64,000 bases of DNA from an uncultured delta proteobacterium (lineage in GTDB: Bacteria > Myxococcota_A > UBA9160 > SMWR01). A model generated the notes under the pieces. It had not been told where the DNA came from. It did not search any database and saw only the letters and a program-made list of their open reading frames with translations. The stretch lies in contig CAWHTE010000011.1 in NCBI GenBank assembly GCA_963832165.1, forward strand, positions 288,001 through 352,000, in the 5' to 3' direction. Shown piece after piece: positions 62,559-64,000 of this stretch. Every line of letters begins with the position of its first letter. Position 1 is the first letter of the stretch. A program made the translations under genes and the position numbers.

Positions 62559-62774
62559 ATGCCTGAAATCATCGCAGTCATCCTGGTGACGCTTTGGCTT
62601 CTGGGTCTCCTCTCGTCCTACATGATGGGGGGATACGTTCACGTTCTCCTCGGGATTGCCGTCGCAGTGGTGATGGTCCGCGTGATTCATGAGGAAGCGC
62701 TCGAGCCGTCCGATTTCCTCTGTATGCCGGACGACCCGAGAAGCTCTAACCCGAGCGTCACCGAGTGGAAGTGA
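62559..62774 (+). CDS. lmo0937-like small membrane protein
   Basis: IAVILVTLWLLGLLSSYMMGGYVHVLLGIA. Confidence 0.7.
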   Translation: MPEIIAVILVTLWLLGLLSSYMMGGYVHVLLGIAVAVVMVRVIHEEALEPSDFLCMPDDPRSSNPSVTEWK

Positions 62775-62936
62775 ATCGTCGCCCCTTCGGAATCCCCCTG
62801 ACGCCGATCAAGCCTCGGGGGCTCGCTGGGGTGCGGCTCGGCACAGTGGGACGCCAGAGTGGCAGAGCCACCCGGAGGTCGTGCGATGCCTGAGAACCGC
62901 CCCTCGCCGTCATGGCGATTGCGTCGCAAAGAGGAC

Positions 62937-63320
62937 GTGGCATCGACGCAACTTCACGAATCGGCCGACGCGCTGCGCGCCGAGACGCGCGAGATGCATC
63001 GCGCGTTGCGCTCCCTGATCGAGGAGCTCGACGCGGTCGACTGGTACGCGCAGCGTATAGACGCGAGCGACGACGCAGAGCTCGCCGCCGTTCTCGCGCA
63101 CAATCGCGACGAGGAGAAGGAGCACGCGTGCATGGTGCTCGAGTGGATCCGCCGCCACGACGCGAAACTCGACGAGTTCCTGAGGCGGTTCTTGTTCTCG
63201 GACGGCCCGATCGCGAATGACGAAGACGAGAGTGCCAGCGGCAACTCGCGCCGGAGCTCTAGAGAGAATGGGAGCCTGCGCATCGGGAGCCTGCGCGCGG
63301 CAGAAGCGGAGGCGGGATGA
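62937..63320 (+). CDS. Encapsulin-associated ferritin-like protein (EncFtn/Flp) with cargo-loading peptide
   Basis: EELDAVDWY, AHNRDEEKEH, C-terminal GSLRIGSLR; GAGGA RBS before GTG. Confidence 0.9.
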   Translation: MASTQLHESADALRAETREMHRALRSLIEELDAVDWYAQRIDASDDAELAAVLAHNRDEEKEHACMVLEWIRRHDAKLDEFLRRFLFSDGPIANDEDESASGNSRRSSRENGSLRIGSLRAAEAEAG

Positions 63321-64000
63321 TCGGTCTGAACCGCGAGCTCGCGCCGATCAGTGAAGGCGGCTGGGCGCGCATCGAGCAGGAGGCGCGCAACGTCCTGCAT
63401 CTGCACCTCGCCGCGCGGCGTCTCGTCGACTTCGAGGGCCCGCTCGGCTGGGAGCACTCCGCGGTCGATCTCGGGCGCGTGGAGCCGCTCGCGGGCTTCG
63501 AGCGCTCGAGAGCCTCGTTTCGCCGGCGAGTCGTGCGGCCGATGATCGAGTTGCGGGTTCCCTTCGAGCTCGAACGCTCGGAGCTCGAGCGGATCGATCG
63601 CGGCGCGGCGAGCGTCGACCTCGATGCGCTGCGCGACGCCGCGCGAATGTTTGCCGCCGCCGAAGATTCTGCGCTGTTCGACGGTCACGAGGAAGCGGAC
63701 ATCCCCGGGCTGATCAGCGGCGCCGCGAATCCGGGCGTCGCGCTCCCGGCCGACCCGGCCCTGCTGCCCGGCGCCGTGGGCGAAGCGCTCGAACAGCTGC
63801 GCCAGGCGGGCGTCGGCGGCCCGTACGGTGTGGCGCTCGGCCCGACGGCGTTCGCCTCGCTCTCGCGCACTGTCGGCGACGGTGGCTATCCGGTCATGAA
63901 GCACCTCCGGCAGCTGATCGATCGCCCGGTGGTCTGGGCTCCGTCGCTGGCCGGCGGGATCGCGGTGAGCCTGCGCGGCGGCGACTTCAAGCTGATCTGC
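63317..64000 (+). CDS. Family 1 encapsulin shell protein, 3' truncated (not in ORF track)
   Basis: MIGLNRELAPISEGGWARIEQEAR..ARRLVDFEGPLGW..IELRVPFEL..IDRGA..AEDSALFDG..SLRGGDF; ATGA overlap with the cargo gene. Confidence 0.92.
   Translation, partial: MIGLNRELAPISEGGWARIEQEARNVLHLHLAARRLVDFEGPLGWEHSAVDLGRVEPLAGFERSRASFRRRVVRPMIELRVPFELERSELERIDRGAASVDLDALRDAARMFAAAEDSALFDGHEEADIPGLISGAANPGVALPADPALLPGAVGEALEQLRQAGVGGPYGVALGPTAFASLSRTVGDGGYPVMKHLRQLIDRPVVWAPSLAGGIAVSLRGGDFKLIC

Overview
High-GC bacterial DNA, probably Myxococcota/deltaproteobacterial (inferred from PEP-CTERM proteins, receiver-like+PilZ proteins and many acyl-CoA genes). About a dozen conserved genes, including leuC and ftsH, carry single-base frameshifts that are probably sequencing errors. 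1-45 kb is mostly acyl-CoA and lipid metabolism. It includes a cluster of an atypical SucCD/citryl-CoA-synthetase-like ligase, a ferredoxin, a malyl-CoA-lyase-like enzyme and a mesaconyl-CoA-hydratase-like enzyme, next to a divergent crotonyl-CoA carboxylase/reductase-like gene and an orphan pntAA. It also holds leuCD, a deoxyhypusine-synthase-like gene and tRNA-Pro(TGG). 45-54 kb holds MscS, DUF475, a CHASE-GAF hybrid kinase, CorA and an IDH/IMDH-family gene. 54-64 kb looks like a rearranged stress island: FtsH, an exported kinase-like protein plus an exported metallophosphoesterase bracketed by inverted copies of a 54-aa lipoprotein, five copies of an 18-bp palindrome, a sensorless kinase and receiver, and an encapsulin with ferritin-like cargo. 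The main unexplained signals are (1) a short GAA-triloop hairpin repeat, related to the local GTAG-type REPs, sitting in-frame inside two enzymes; (2) the exported kinase/phosphoesterase cassette with its palindrome; (3) the unusual CoA-ester carbon-assimilation cluster. All calls rest on motif recognition; no database searches were run.
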